Below, in pieces: positions 9,471-19,418 of a stretch of DNA of 64,000 bases; position 1 is the stretch's first letter, and every line of letters begins with the position of its first letter. The stretch is taken from positions 124,001-188,000 of the IMG/VR virus record IMGVR_UViG_3300032268_000986; one strand, given 5' to 3'. Under the pieces are notes generated by a model, which had not been told where the DNA came from, ran no database searches, and saw only the letters and a program-made list of their open reading frames with translations. Both the position numbers and the translations under genes were made by a program.

Positions 9471-10195
9471 TCTTCTATCCTTCTCGGTTTTTCCCATATC
9501 AGTCTCAACGATCCATTGAGATCCCCCAATGTTTGTCCTACATGATTTTCTACTACCAGCCAATGAAACGGCAATTGACGAATTGTTTGGTCAAAAAACT
9601 CAGCCAACTGCCAACTGGTTGGTTCAGCAGTTCCGAGATATTCAATAAACTGATCTGGGCGATTGGTTCTATTAACCATGCCTTGCACTGGTAGTGTCAC
9701 ACATGCCCGTCCACCAGGTGCCAACAAAAGATCAACGTCTAACAAGGATGCAGTAAGCGATCCTACATGATCATGATAGAGACTGTTAAAAGCAGCAACT
9801 GAATCAAACATGCCTGCATGTTCCACAGCGTACTGGTGATCGAAAGCAACAATTTCATCAGCATGCCCTGCAAACTTTTGGTCTATATCTATACCATGCA
9901 CTTGCGGATAAAATTTCTTAAAAATATTCATACCACATCCAATGTCAAGTATGGTAGCTGGTGACTTTTCTGCCACAATGTCGTAATATCGAAAAATTCC
10001 CATACCAAACATAGGTGTAAGAAATCGATCTCTAGGATTAATACCACGCATATCAGCATCGGCAAAAGTAGAATAACCAAATTGTATTCGATCCCCGGTA
10101 TTAAATGCATTACGAACACGTTCTTCGTATTGTTGTTTCTTGGCCGGAGTCCAGAACTCAATTTCGTTATAAGGGTTGATACATAACAATGACAT
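9467..10195 (-). CDS. Class I SAM-dependent methyltransferase
   Basis: ILDIGCG motif I, GIDID, LLAPGGR. Confidence 0.8.
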   Translation of the reverse strand: MSLLCINPYNEIEFWTPAKKQQYEERVRNAFNTGDRIQFGYSTFADADMRGINPRDRFLTPMFGMGIFRYYDIVAEKSPATILDIGCGMNIFKKFYPQVHGIDIDQKFAGHADEIVAFDHQYAVEHAGMFDSVAAFNSLYHDHVGSLTASLLDVDLLLAPGGRACVTLPVQGMVNRTNRPDQFIEYLGTAEPTSWQLAEFFDQTIRQLPFHWLVVENHVGQTLGDLNGSLRLIWEKPRRIEE

Positions 10196-10206
10196 TGATT
10201 ACCTTT

Positions 10207-11454
10207 TTATGATTCAATTTTTACCACTTGATATTTTTCATGGGCCACGTGATCACGATAGCGAGCACCTGAACGATTCCATGGTGTTGCTCGACACTCC
10301 ATGCCACCTTCGGCTATGGTTCCAGCAGTCTGCATGATGTCAATCACACGATCAACAGTGGCATTGTTCCAGTCTGAGATCAAGCCCATGTTGTGATGAG
10401 GTTCACGCAACAACAACTGCATCTTGTGGTAGGCATCATCTATGCTCCAAGGGACATAAAGCCTGTTTGGATCGTTGGCAAAGGTTTCGGGGAAACTACG
10501 ATAGGCAGGATAAAGCACGTTACAGCCAAGAGTGTCAGCCTCGGAAACTGTGTTAGAGACCCAGTCTTGTAAAGCACAATTAAACAACACACGAGTATTA
10601 TTGAGATGAGCATAGTATTCGTTCTTGCCAATGTTGTCGTAAATCTTTAGCTTGCCTTCAGCTTCCATGCGGCGGGCACGTTCAACAAACTCGGGATTGT
10701 TGCTTCGCAAAGGGCCGCCTGAGTATACTGCAAACTCACAGGGCTCACTGGTAAGTTCGCCATACATCTCAATCAGGTCCATGAAAAAGCCCGGTTGCTT
10801 CTCTTGGTCAAAGCGAGCTGCAAACCCCACTCTCCGAGGACGCTGATCAAACGGCTGGATATTTTCTACTCCACCAATACGTTCTAACACTTCCTCTTTG
10901 CCAAATGCCAGGCCAGATATGTTGTAGATGGGAGCCGTCCAACCAGCAATACGCATGTGGGCAACCATTTCTTCGTTTGTGGCAAGAACCGCACCACCAG
11001 AGAATGCCACCATCTCATTGACCATTTTTTCATACAGGTCCATCCACCGGTTCATGCCCCAGACATGCACAAAGTCATCAGGATCAATGGCCTGTGCTAG
11101 ACAACGCACAAAGATTCGTGGGCACTGCTCGCGAGGAATCTGATTCATGATGTAACCAAGACTTTCAAAGCCTGGTTGGAACATGTCTTCAAAGTAGATC
11201 ACATCGTCACCGGCGATGTCTCCGTTCTTCATCAGCTGAACCAGGTTCATCATTTGACTCATGGCAAAGTAACTGCGACCATGTGCGTCTAACACTTGCC
11301 CAACTGAGATGGCCTGTGTGTTGTCAATTGTAGTTCCGGGAACATACACAACATCAAGACCTCTACGATCAAACACGCGGCGGTTCCACTCTGTGAGTTG
11401 TAGAGTGTAGCGAGCTTCGTAACTTTCCAAGCCCATGTAAAATAGTTTTCTCAT
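10207..11454 (-). CDS. GT-B (family 4-like) glycosyltransferase
   Basis: GFAARFDQEKQP, SNTVSEADTLGC (E-x7 region), AYRSFPE. Confidence 0.8.
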   Translation of the reverse strand: MRKLFYMGLESYEARYTLQLTEWNRRVFDRRGLDVVYVPGTTIDNTQAISVGQVLDAHGRSYFAMSQMMNLVQLMKNGDIAGDDVIYFEDMFQPGFESLGYIMNQIPREQCPRIFVRCLAQAIDPDDFVHVWGMNRWMDLYEKMVNEMVAFSGGAVLATNEEMVAHMRIAGWTAPIYNISGLAFGKEEVLERIGGVENIQPFDQRPRRVGFAARFDQEKQPGFFMDLIEMYGELTSEPCEFAVYSGGPLRSNNPEFVERARRMEAEGKLKIYDNIGKNEYYAHLNNTRVLFNCALQDWVSNTVSEADTLGCNVLYPAYRSFPETFANDPNRLYVPWSIDDAYHKMQLLLREPHHNMGLISDWNNATVDRVIDIMQTAGTIAEGGMECRATPWNRSGARYRDHVAHEKYQVVKIES

Positions 11455-11455
11455 C

Positions 11456-12340
11456 TCAGTCCTTTAGTAACCTAATAGTATTATTATACAACGTATTAAA
11501 CAAATGTCTAGTGTTGGATGAATTGTATTTGCTCATACTCTCATTGTATTCTTGAATAATTTTGTTTTTCTCGTATGACATCTTGCCATGCGGTGATTGA
11601 TAGTGTTCAATTACATATTCTGTGGGCATGATCAACACAGATTTTTTTAAAACATATTTAAAAAACAACGAATGATCAAGCACCAACTTGGACATATTGG
11701 TCCAATCGTTATCAATCCAGGTTTGAGTAATAGCAGGCACCTGGAAGTCATAGTTATCCAGGGGGCTTCCTTTTACGTTGTGGAGCACACGATTTGATGC
11801 TATCATTATCCACAAACTACTGGCGCACTCCCATTGGTCTTCTCTCCAATTTAACACAGACGATTCAGCATTTAGAAATCGTTGATCAATACGTCTTGTA
11901 TGTTCAAAACTTTTTTTCCCTTGTGCTTTCCAGGCTTGCTCTAGGTGAGAACTTGCGGTTCTACCGGTAGTAATGATAACACACTCGGCAACAGAATTTG
12001 TGGGCAATACAAAGTCGCACACAATCTCATCTGAAAAACAAAGGTTATTCACCACAGCATTGTTTAACCAAGTAACTTGATCATACGGGTGACACTCGGG
12101 CAACAAGTTTGCTAGATCGTCGGCATGCGTGGATATATGTCTCACAATCCGCACTCCTAGCTCTCGTGCCTGTTGCAGATTTTCTGTAGAAGCGTCTGCG
12201 TGGCAAATTTCATACAGCCCCGGTTTAATATGGTACTTGGCCGACTCTGCCCAGTTACCATGAAACTGCAAATAACTAAATTTGTTTTTGTAAAATTCAA
12301 CTATTCTGCGGTTGCCGTTATGAAAAATGCAAACACTCAT
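11456..12340 (-). CDS. Hypothetical protein with a sulfotransferase-like P-loop segment
   Basis: IITTGRTASSHL resembles the PAPS-binding 5'-PSB motif; AT-richer than its neighbours. Confidence 0.4.
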   Translation of the reverse strand: MSVCIFHNGNRRIVEFYKNKFSYLQFHGNWAESAKYHIKPGLYEICHADASTENLQQARELGVRIVRHISTHADDLANLLPECHPYDQVTWLNNAVVNNLCFSDEIVCDFVLPTNSVAECVIITTGRTASSHLEQAWKAQGKKSFEHTRRIDQRFLNAESSVLNWREDQWECASSLWIMIASNRVLHNVKGSPLDNYDFQVPAITQTWIDNDWTNMSKLVLDHSLFFKYVLKKSVLIMPTEYVIEHYQSPHGKMSYEKNKIIQEYNESMSKYNSSNTRHLFNTLYNNTIRLLKD

Positions 12341-12564
12341 GCAGGGCGGTATCCTGCAAAGCGGCGTAGATCTTCACTCCACATGTTCTTGGCGTTCTTG
12401 CCTTGTGAGAACTTGTTGTACTGTTGCCAGGCATAGGCCTTGAAATTGTAGAGATCGGCTTCGTTGTAGCGATAGCCGTGATCTACACAGAACTCTCGAA
12501 GTTTGTCCAAGTCGTCAAACAGGTCACGCACACGAGGATTGGGTTTGATAGTAAATTTTGCCAT
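12337..12564 (-). CDS. Small hypothetical protein
   Basis: 75-aa ORF tightly packed in the operon. Confidence 0.7.
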   Translation of the reverse strand: MAKFTIKPNPRVRDLFDDLDKLREFCVDHGYRYNEADLYNFKAYAWQQYNKFSQGKNAKNMWSEDLRRFAGYRPA

Positions 12565-12566
12565 GA

Positions 12567-13016
12567 TTAAATTTTAATTGAAAGATTGGGACGAGTGAGT
12601 TCATATTTAATAAAGCAGCCGTTCTCACCATCTTCGGCTATTTCAATCCAGACTGTACGTCCGGGATACTTTTGCACAATCTGATCATATAGATCGTCTG
12701 CGATCATTTCACATGATTTGTAGTCTAACGACAATACACCTTGGTCGCTATGATACAGTCTTTCCAACCAGCGTTTGAATTGTATAAACTCCACATCTCG
12801 GTCATTGTGGAATACGTCAATCCAAACCCTAAAATGAAAAATATGGCGATGAGGATAGCCCAAAAACGAAACATCATATTCATCTCCTGTTGCTAGTTGT
12901 GGGTCTTGTGAGGCTGCTGGATACTTATGGATACCTTCTTTGCGGAACGTGATCCAGATTTTTCGTTCAGCATGTTGTTTGATTCGGTCAACTGTTTCTC
13001 GTTCTTGTTGGTTCAT
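12567..13016 (-). CDS. dpdL: DpdL-like T-fold protein (candidate 7-carboxy-7-deazaguanine decarboxylase)
   Basis: LGYPHRHIF fits the LxxxHRHxF signature as I recall it; KSCEMIA parallels the T-fold PTAENIA motif; near the TGT-like gene. Confidence 0.72.
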   Translation of the reverse strand: MNQQERETVDRIKQHAERKIWITFRKEGIHKYPAASQDPQLATGDEYDVSFLGYPHRHIFHFRVWIDVFHNDRDVEFIQFKRWLERLYHSDQGVLSLDYKSCEMIADDLYDQIVQKYPGRTVWIEIAEDGENGCFIKYELTRPNLSIKI

Positions 13017-13510
13017 AATGGTTCATCCTTGCTGTAATCATCCCATGATGTAAATGCATCACGACTCATTAGACTGTGTAGACTGTGACACCAAACACCA
13101 GGATTGGTGGCATCAAAGTCTTTGTCGTCTATTTTTAACATTGTATTATAATTCCACAACTTTGTATACGGTACACTTACTCGAATCTGTGGAATAAAGT
13201 TGCGGTACTCGCAAAGTGAGCCATCATTGAATTCTTCCACATGCGTGACGGGAATGTCCAGACTGCACAAATAACCCTGGGCCAAGAACGGCTCAATCAT
13301 GCTTTCCCACCTCTGCCACTCTAGACGATCATCAGGATGAAAACTGTGATTGGCACCAAAGAAAATGTGCTCTGCCCCATTCAGGTTCAATGCAATTGCA
13401 TCGGCGGATTGAACACCAACCACAAACAATGTGCGCCGGCCAAATGCTGGGGTTCGTTCTACTTCGGTTCCGGTAAAGAAATTGACATTGCCATGACCTT
13501 CTCGATTCAT
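13013..13510 (-). CDS. Hypothetical protein between dpdL-like and dpdA-like genes
   Basis: 165-aa ORF with ATGA-type overlaps on both sides. Confidence 0.75.
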   Translation of the reverse strand: MNREGHGNVNFFTGTEVERTPAFGRRTLFVVGVQSADAIALNLNGAEHIFFGANHSFHPDDRLEWQRWESMIEPFLAQGYLCSLDIPVTHVEEFNDGSLCEYRNFIPQIRVSVPYTKLWNYNTMLKIDDKDFDATNPGVWCHSLHSLMSRDAFTSWDDYSKDEPL

Positions 13511-15051
13511 ATGCTATCCTCTAATTCATCTAGTTTGTCAGTATCCAACTCATCGGGGTCAATGGTCACAGGTTCATCAAAACTGAACAACACATCAAAC
13601 ATGGGTCTTGCTGACACCAGTTTTTTGCCGGTAAATCCACGTGTGCCAATGATCAGGTCCAGGACTTTTTCATAGTGAGTGATACGGTCCATTCTGCTAG
13701 TATAGCTGGGTTGGCTAAAGATGTCATCCACTATGGCACGGAAATCATGATCAGGAGTGGTACGCCCGGCCAACATTCCAGGCTTGCTGCCCAGATCATA
13801 TTGCTCGTTGGCAGTTTGCACAGCATTGATGTGCTGCCACACATTGTGGCCCATGAGCAATGCATAACTGAAACTGTCCCATGATGTTTTGCCTTCTTTG
13901 CCAATCTTGTTGAGATCACCGGGTCCGTAAACACAAACATCAGAAACCTTGAGCCTGGCCGAAATTGGAGAATCATCAAACTCGGTATGAATACCATCTT
14001 GAATCACTGCATCTCGGAAACTGCGTTGGTCTGTCTTGTACTTTTTGTTGTCGGCAGTGGGTGCCATGCGATAGGTCCACTTGTCACGATTGGGATAACT
14101 GCTTTGATAATACAGTTGACCATTTGCTGTGGCCAGGAACGGTGATGCACAGTCAAACGAAATTGTGAACTGTGGATTGTGATACTTGCGCACCGCACGT
14201 TGGATGTCTGTGAGCAAACACGCCCACTCCAGTTTGCTGGTGCCCAAGAAGTGCATCCAGTCATGTACGCCAGGTTCCAGCAACCGGTCACGCATGAGTG
14301 TGACTATTCTACGCAACACCAAGTGAACATCGCACATGTTCTGTCCGCCCATGCCCCAACCATTGAAGTGGCGTCCGGGGTATTGCACAGGATCAGAATA
14401 CTTCTTCATGGTCTCGTACCAGGAGTCTGCTTCCACATGATTGGCACCTTGCAACACATTGAGCAGTCGTGCTCCACCGTTGTCTATGCCGCGACGATTG
14501 GCAATAAAGTAATCGTTGTTGTAGATTGTGGCATCCACCGCATCTTGGTAGTTGCGGATACCGGTCTTTTCACTGCTGCCAGGCCACTTTGATGTCCATG
14601 TAGGGATATCCAAGGTCAAGCCATATGTGGCCAGGCCGTCTTGCCATTTGAGCACGGCTTCTCGTTTTTTCTGTGCCCGGGGACAACCTGAATTGGCCTT
14701 CCAGTCACCGTCCCACACACCCTTGGCAATTTGGAATCCACCCGAGTCACACAACAATACAGTATTGGGGTCGCGACTGCGCAACATGTCCTCTTTGGGA
14801 TTGTGCTTGGTCAAGTCTAAGTCAGCATGTCCAGCCGAATACAATGCCCAACGATATGGGAACAGTCCTTGCTGTGCATTGAGAAAATTCATGCTCTCCA
14901 TGTCAGGCATGTTCTTGGGCATGCGGGCAGCTTCTACATAGGGTTCAAATCGTTGACGCCCAATGTAGGTACTGTAGAAACTGCTGATGGCCGGCAAGAA
15001 CACAGCATAGTCATGCTGTCTTGCAGTTAGATCATGTTGCTCTATGGTCAT
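13507..15051 (-). CDS. dpdA: TGT-fold transglycosylase, DpdA-like (inserts 7-deazaguanine base into DNA)
   Basis: CDSGGFQ, LDIP, NVLQG, GWGMGG, HFLGTS, SFDCASP; lacks the CxCxxC Zn site of bacterial tRNA Tgt; phage context with folE/queD/queE. Confidence 0.8.
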   Translation of the reverse strand: MTIEQHDLTARQHDYAVFLPAISSFYSTYIGRQRFEPYVEAARMPKNMPDMESMNFLNAQQGLFPYRWALYSAGHADLDLTKHNPKEDMLRSRDPNTVLLCDSGGFQIAKGVWDGDWKANSGCPRAQKKREAVLKWQDGLATYGLTLDIPTWTSKWPGSSEKTGIRNYQDAVDATIYNNDYFIANRRGIDNGGARLLNVLQGANHVEADSWYETMKKYSDPVQYPGRHFNGWGMGGQNMCDVHLVLRRIVTLMRDRLLEPGVHDWMHFLGTSKLEWACLLTDIQRAVRKYHNPQFTISFDCASPFLATANGQLYYQSSYPNRDKWTYRMAPTADNKKYKTDQRSFRDAVIQDGIHTEFDDSPISARLKVSDVCVYGPGDLNKIGKEGKTSWDSFSYALLMGHNVWQHINAVQTANEQYDLGSKPGMLAGRTTPDHDFRAIVDDIFSQPSYTSRMDRITHYEKVLDLIIGTRGFTGKKLVSARPMFDVLFSFDEPVTIDPDELDTDKLDELEDSI

Positions 15052-15057
15052 GCGTGA

Positions 15058-15780
15058 TTACTTGCTTTGTGCCGGCAGTGTGTAATCGTACACAGCAATA
15101 CCTGAATCCACAGTGATTTGCATGGCACCGTCATCGCTGATGCGCATGATCTTGTTGCCACTCAAGGCCAAGATACTCATGACCTGCACAGCTGGCCACG
15201 ACAGTGGTCGTTTGAGAGAATTTTTTACACCGCTGTGAAACACAAAGTTACCGGCATGTGTGCTATGATCACCAAAGAAGAACTTGAGATCACCATTGTC
15301 AGTCTTGACCTGAAAGTTGGCTTGTTCAGAGTTGGCCTGAGCCTGCATACGCAATCTCAGGATAGCAGCCGCGGCAGGCTCAAATTCAATGTGCCAGTTG
15401 ACTCCGTTGAACTTGGGAGTCTTGAGCTTGTCAGTGATGATTTGACTGGCCATGAATCGATAACTGTTACGAAAGTCGCCAGCGGCATTTTCAAAGTCAA
15501 TGCCCTCAAGATCACCGCTGGCCTGTTTCTTAATGGCCAACTTGGCGTTTTCCTTGTATTCGGGCAAGTTCAGCAAAATCTTTAATTTGGCCAAGTTTGG
15601 CATACCAAACGTGCCCACAAATTCTGCCACTGGGTTATGGAATCTAGCGTCCAGTACCACACTGAGGTCTGTGGCCAGGCCAACCACAGAAGTTTTGTCA
15701 GCTGTGCCAACAATTTTGATTAGGTCAATACAACCAAGATCAAGAGTATGACCCACTAGGTCCAATAAACAATCACGCAT
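15058..15780 (-). CDS. Probable DNA sliding clamp (gp45/PCNA-like)
   Basis: 240 aa, beta-rich repeated-domain pattern, ends ITVDSGIAVYDYTLPA; lies next to DNA polymerase. Confidence 0.55.
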   Translation of the reverse strand: MRDCLLDLVGHTLDLGCIDLIKIVGTADKTSVVGLATDLSVVLDARFHNPVAEFVGTFGMPNLAKLKILLNLPEYKENAKLAIKKQASGDLEGIDFENAAGDFRNSYRFMASQIITDKLKTPKFNGVNWHIEFEPAAAAILRLRMQAQANSEQANFQVKTDNGDLKFFFGDHSTHAGNFVFHSGVKNSLKRPLSWPAVQVMSILALSGNKIMRISDDGAMQITVDSGIAVYDYTLPAQSK

Positions 15781-15810
15781 AATTTCTCCTTGTTTAACAG
15801 TATATGCTTT

Positions 15811-16755
15811 TTATTTAGATCGCGCAAGAATTTTGGCCAAACTTTGGCCTCCTCGAATGCTGTGCATTTCTCCAGGTTTACGAAATGCTAGCCAACACAC
15901 ATCACCGCTACCACGATGTCGATCTGTTACTGTCAAACCGGCCACATGTGCCTGTTCCACTAGACAGTGTCCTGGTACATAGCTCATGAATGACTGTTCG
16001 GCCAAGGCCACACCATGTGCCCAGTCGCAGTCGTTGTATGTGATGATAGCTTCGCCGCCGGGTCTCAATTTGTCCGCAATTTCTGTAATGTATTGCTTTA
16101 CCACTTCCAACGGCTTGTAGTTCATGTAGTTGTAGGCCAAAATCAACCCAAACTGATTGGCAGGAAAATTTTTAAGATAAGGTTCAGGGGCATGATCGTT
16201 CACAGTGTATCGTCGCAAACGCCGTTGATACTCAAGAGTGAATTTGTTCACACATGGCTCCAACAATTCATTTCGTTCATCTACAATGTAGAGTGGATCC
16301 CAATTTACCATGTTGTCAACAAATGTATCTAGGCCTGGCCGTATTACCATGGCTGGCATGCGCCAGTCAGAGATATTGTTGACTCTGCCAACTAGCTTTT
16401 CACGATCTTCGCTGTCAATCAACAGTTGACGTTGCAAAATTTGATCTGACTTGTCGGTCAAGGGTTGCATGCGGTGAACTTCGCGACTGTTTTCTAACAT
16501 AGCTGGTTCACGGTCCTGGATCATGGATTCAAGTTGCATGTCCATGGCCCGCATGGTTTCTAGAAAATTAGTCACGCCAGACCGCACAGATTCCAAATGC
16601 ACCACAAGATCTTCCACTCGGTTGGGCAACCTTATGTTGTGCCCATCAACCTGATGTATCAATGACTCCAAGTGCCGAGCAGTGGAATAACACTTGGGGT
16701 CAGGGGAGAACTCGCCTAGCAAATTCTTGAGGTGTACAATTTCACTTAATCTCAT
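15811..16755 (-). CDS. Coiled-coil protein with C-terminal methyltransferase-like domain
   Basis: FGLILAYNYMNY...KLRPGGEAIITY resembles class I MTase motifs IV-VI; motif I degenerate. Confidence 0.5.
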   Translation of the reverse strand: MRLSEIVHLKNLLGEFSPDPKCYSTARHLESLIHQVDGHNIRLPNRVEDLVVHLESVRSGVTNFLETMRAMDMQLESMIQDREPAMLENSREVHRMQPLTDKSDQILQRQLLIDSEDREKLVGRVNNISDWRMPAMVIRPGLDTFVDNMVNWDPLYIVDERNELLEPCVNKFTLEYQRRLRRYTVNDHAPEPYLKNFPANQFGLILAYNYMNYKPLEVVKQYITEIADKLRPGGEAIITYNDCDWAHGVALAEQSFMSYVPGHCLVEQAHVAGLTVTDRHRGSGDVCWLAFRKPGEMHSIRGGQSLAKILARSK

Positions 16756-19418
16756 TCGAATGTAAACAATAAACTAAATGTGTTTTCAGTGTTGGTGGCC
16801 GCGGCTAAATCCCAGTCCAACACGCCCAATAGGTTGTCAACTTTTTTGTCCACCACTGTGGCCTCCATGGCGTCACTGTCAAACGGCAATTCAGTAAACC
16901 AAGTAGGCAGCCGCTGCTCGTCAGTGGGATAGCCAATTGATGTCCAGCCCAGGGGATTGTCTTTGAGTTTGCACACAATGGTTTTCATGCCATCGACGAT
17001 TTGCATGCTGTAGTTGTCTGAGTTCATTCTGCGCATTTGATTCCAGTTCATTGCGGCTCTAACATGTCCTGGCATGTTGGCTTTGCCTTGTTGTTTTTCT
17101 TTCTTGCCATACATGGTCAAGTTGTTCACACGCTTGGGTGATCCTTTTTCCCAGGCTGGACGTTCTTTGAACAAGTATTTGAATTCACGAATCTTTGAAA
17201 CAACATCATCACGTGGCACGCCGCACAACACATCATGTAACACGTCGCTGAGAAAATCCTGAATTACCTTGGGTGTGTCACTGCGTTTGAGATCCAAGCC
17301 CATGGCCTTGACCTTGCCAGGTTTGCCATCTCGATCCAAGCGCCGCCCTTCCTTGTCAATGATCATCACAGCATAGCGTTTCTTGGTGATGAACAGGCCT
17401 TTTGACGCCACAATTTCACGGCCACCTTTGATCACACTGCCCATTTCTCTAGGACAGTGAAATGCCTGCTCCATGAATCCAGGAAAGCTCTTGTTGACTT
17501 CTTCGGCAATACCGTCATACAGGCTGATACAAGTTTCCTTGTTCCATTCCATACGGCCTTCTTCAACTTCTTTCTTGAGCACAGGCCATGCTGAGAAATA
17601 GCACGAGTCAGTGTCACCATAGATAATGGTTTCACCAGTGTGATCATATTTGCCAGTGATACACTCGTTGACATGAGCATCCATGTGACGGGCAATTGCA
17701 CGGCCTGTGAGTGTGGTACTCTGTCCGATACGTTTGTCAAAGAATCTACATCCTGCATTGAGGATAGCGCCATACAACGAGTTCAAGTTGATCTTCTTGA
17801 CCAACTGACGTTTGTCCCAGTACTCGTATTGAGTCTTGTCAACACCCTCTACTTCCTTGGATTTCTTCTGCATGTCTTTGCGTTCAGCGTACCAACGCTT
17901 GAGCAGGCCGGGAATGATACCTTCCTTCTCATAGGTAAAAATTGTACCGTTGGCACTGAGTATCCAAGGGCGGTTGCTGTTGAATATGACATCCCAGAGT
18001 TCGGCAGCTGAGTGTACGGTCTCTTCGCCATTTTCCCAGTCAACAGTGATTTCGGTACCACGCTGTTGTTCCATCACAGCAGTGTATTCAAGACTGCCAA
18101 ACAGGCCTTCCCAGGCACCGGCAAAACTTTCGCCTTTGGCCATGTTTTCTTTGATCAATCGATCTGTCATGATAGGGCGCAGTTGCCCCACAATGGTTTC
18201 TGGACCCATGTTCAGCGCACGAATTGCACTGGGATACAAACTGTTGATGTCAATGCTGCCAATGTATTCATGAATACCTTTTTTGGGGTATGCCACATAG
18301 GCACCGGCAGCTTGAGTGTCCTCGTCGGTGAGTCGCTCACGTCGATTGGGCACCACAAATCCTCGTTCATGTGCTTCGTTGATAATGGCCTGTTCGGTCA
18401 CAGCCACGGCACCCATGGTGGTCTGGAGCAACACAGTGTTCTCATGCGCCAGGGTACTGGCCAAATCCAGAAACTTGAGTTTCTTGTCCAGCTTGTGTAC
18501 CAGTAATGTATCTTGGCGGTTGTATTCAATAAACTTTTTAAAGTGTTGATTGTACAGTTGATCCAAGGTACCTTCAAACTGAGTCTTGCGTTCGTCCAGT
18601 TCGTATTCGCCAATGGCATCCAAGCTGTAGCTGTGACGTTCTTCATAGGTGTACTTGCGATACAGTTGCATATAGTCCATATGCACACGACCCACTAGGT
18701 CAAATGTGATCTGTTCAGCACCGTACCGTTCAAATGTTCTTGGTTTGGGCAGTTGTCCCCACAAACAAAACTTGCGAGTATCGTCTTTGCTGAGTATGCG
18801 TATGGTACGATTCACAGTGTAGGGTATGTCATAGCCTTCTGAGTTCCAGCCACTGATGACATCAGCGTCATCAATCAGGTCCAGAAACGATTTGACCATG
18901 TCCTCTTCACGTTCAAACAATATGGTGTTGTCAAACTCACTCACCAGTTCCTGTGCAGTTTCCCAGCTCAAGCCACGTGGAGGAACTGCCAAGGTCACTA
19001 GTTGATCCAGCCAGTCCAGGTAAACAGAAATTGCTGTGATAGGATTGAATGGATCATCTGTGGGCGAGAACCCTCGCTCTTGGTCAAAGGCCACTTCAAT
19101 GTCAAAGAATGCTGTTTGTAGTTTGGGCGCATCTTGTCCTTTGTAGTTGTCTTCAAAGCAACGAAACACAGGATTGATATCGCTCTCATACAATTTCTTG
19201 CCCGAGTGCATGCGAAGTTCTTTGCGGAACTCTTTGTTGTTGCGAGTTGAAAATCTGCTGACTGGTGTTCCATGTATTGACTGAAACTTGCCTCGCGGAT
19301 CGTCATAATAGAACACATACTGTGCTGGATATTCGCGGTATACTCGTTCGCCATTGCAGCGTTCAACCACGTGAATACGATCGTGTTCACGATCAAAAAG
19401 TGCGTCTACGTAACTCAT
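16752..19418 (-). CDS. Family B DNA polymerase with 3'-5' exonuclease (gp43-like)
   Basis: FFDIEV, GWNSEGYDIPY, YNRQD (exonuclease); SIDINSLYPS, KINLNSLYG, YGDTDS (polymerase). Confidence 0.97.
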   Translation of the reverse strand: MSYVDALFDREHDRIHVVERCNGERVYREYPAQYVFYYDDPRGKFQSIHGTPVSRFSTRNNKEFRKELRMHSGKKLYESDINPVFRCFEDNYKGQDAPKLQTAFFDIEVAFDQERGFSPTDDPFNPITAISVYLDWLDQLVTLAVPPRGLSWETAQELVSEFDNTILFEREEDMVKSFLDLIDDADVISGWNSEGYDIPYTVNRTIRILSKDDTRKFCLWGQLPKPRTFERYGAEQITFDLVGRVHMDYMQLYRKYTYEERHSYSLDAIGEYELDERKTQFEGTLDQLYNQHFKKFIEYNRQDTLLVHKLDKKLKFLDLASTLAHENTVLLQTTMGAVAVTEQAIINEAHERGFVVPNRRERLTDEDTQAAGAYVAYPKKGIHEYIGSIDINSLYPSAIRALNMGPETIVGQLRPIMTDRLIKENMAKGESFAGAWEGLFGSLEYTAVMEQQRGTEITVDWENGEETVHSAAELWDVIFNSNRPWILSANGTIFTYEKEGIIPGLLKRWYAERKDMQKKSKEVEGVDKTQYEYWDKRQLVKKINLNSLYGAILNAGCRFFDKRIGQSTTLTGRAIARHMDAHVNECITGKYDHTGETIIYGDTDSCYFSAWPVLKKEVEEGRMEWNKETCISLYDGIAEEVNKSFPGFMEQAFHCPREMGSVIKGGREIVASKGLFITKKRYAVMIIDKEGRRLDRDGKPGKVKAMGLDLKRSDTPKVIQDFLSDVLHDVLCGVPRDDVVSKIREFKYLFKERPAWEKGSPKRVNNLTMYGKKEKQQGKANMPGHVRAAMNWNQMRRMNSDNYSMQIVDGMKTIVCKLKDNPLGWTSIGYPTDEQRLPTWFTELPFDSDAMEATVVDKKVDNLLGVLDWDLAAATNTENTFSLLFTFE

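Noticed and set aside
13507-15051. Canonical bacterial tRNA-guanine transglycosylase (tgt)
   Set aside because: Lacks the CxCxxC/H zinc motif, is longer and divergent, and the phage context with folE/queD/queE/dpdL favours a DNA-acting DpdA; not excluded without an assay.
16752-19418. Intein or intron in DNA polymerase
   Set aside because: Continuous 888-aa ORF of normal family B length with no splice-junction or homing-endonuclease motifs.
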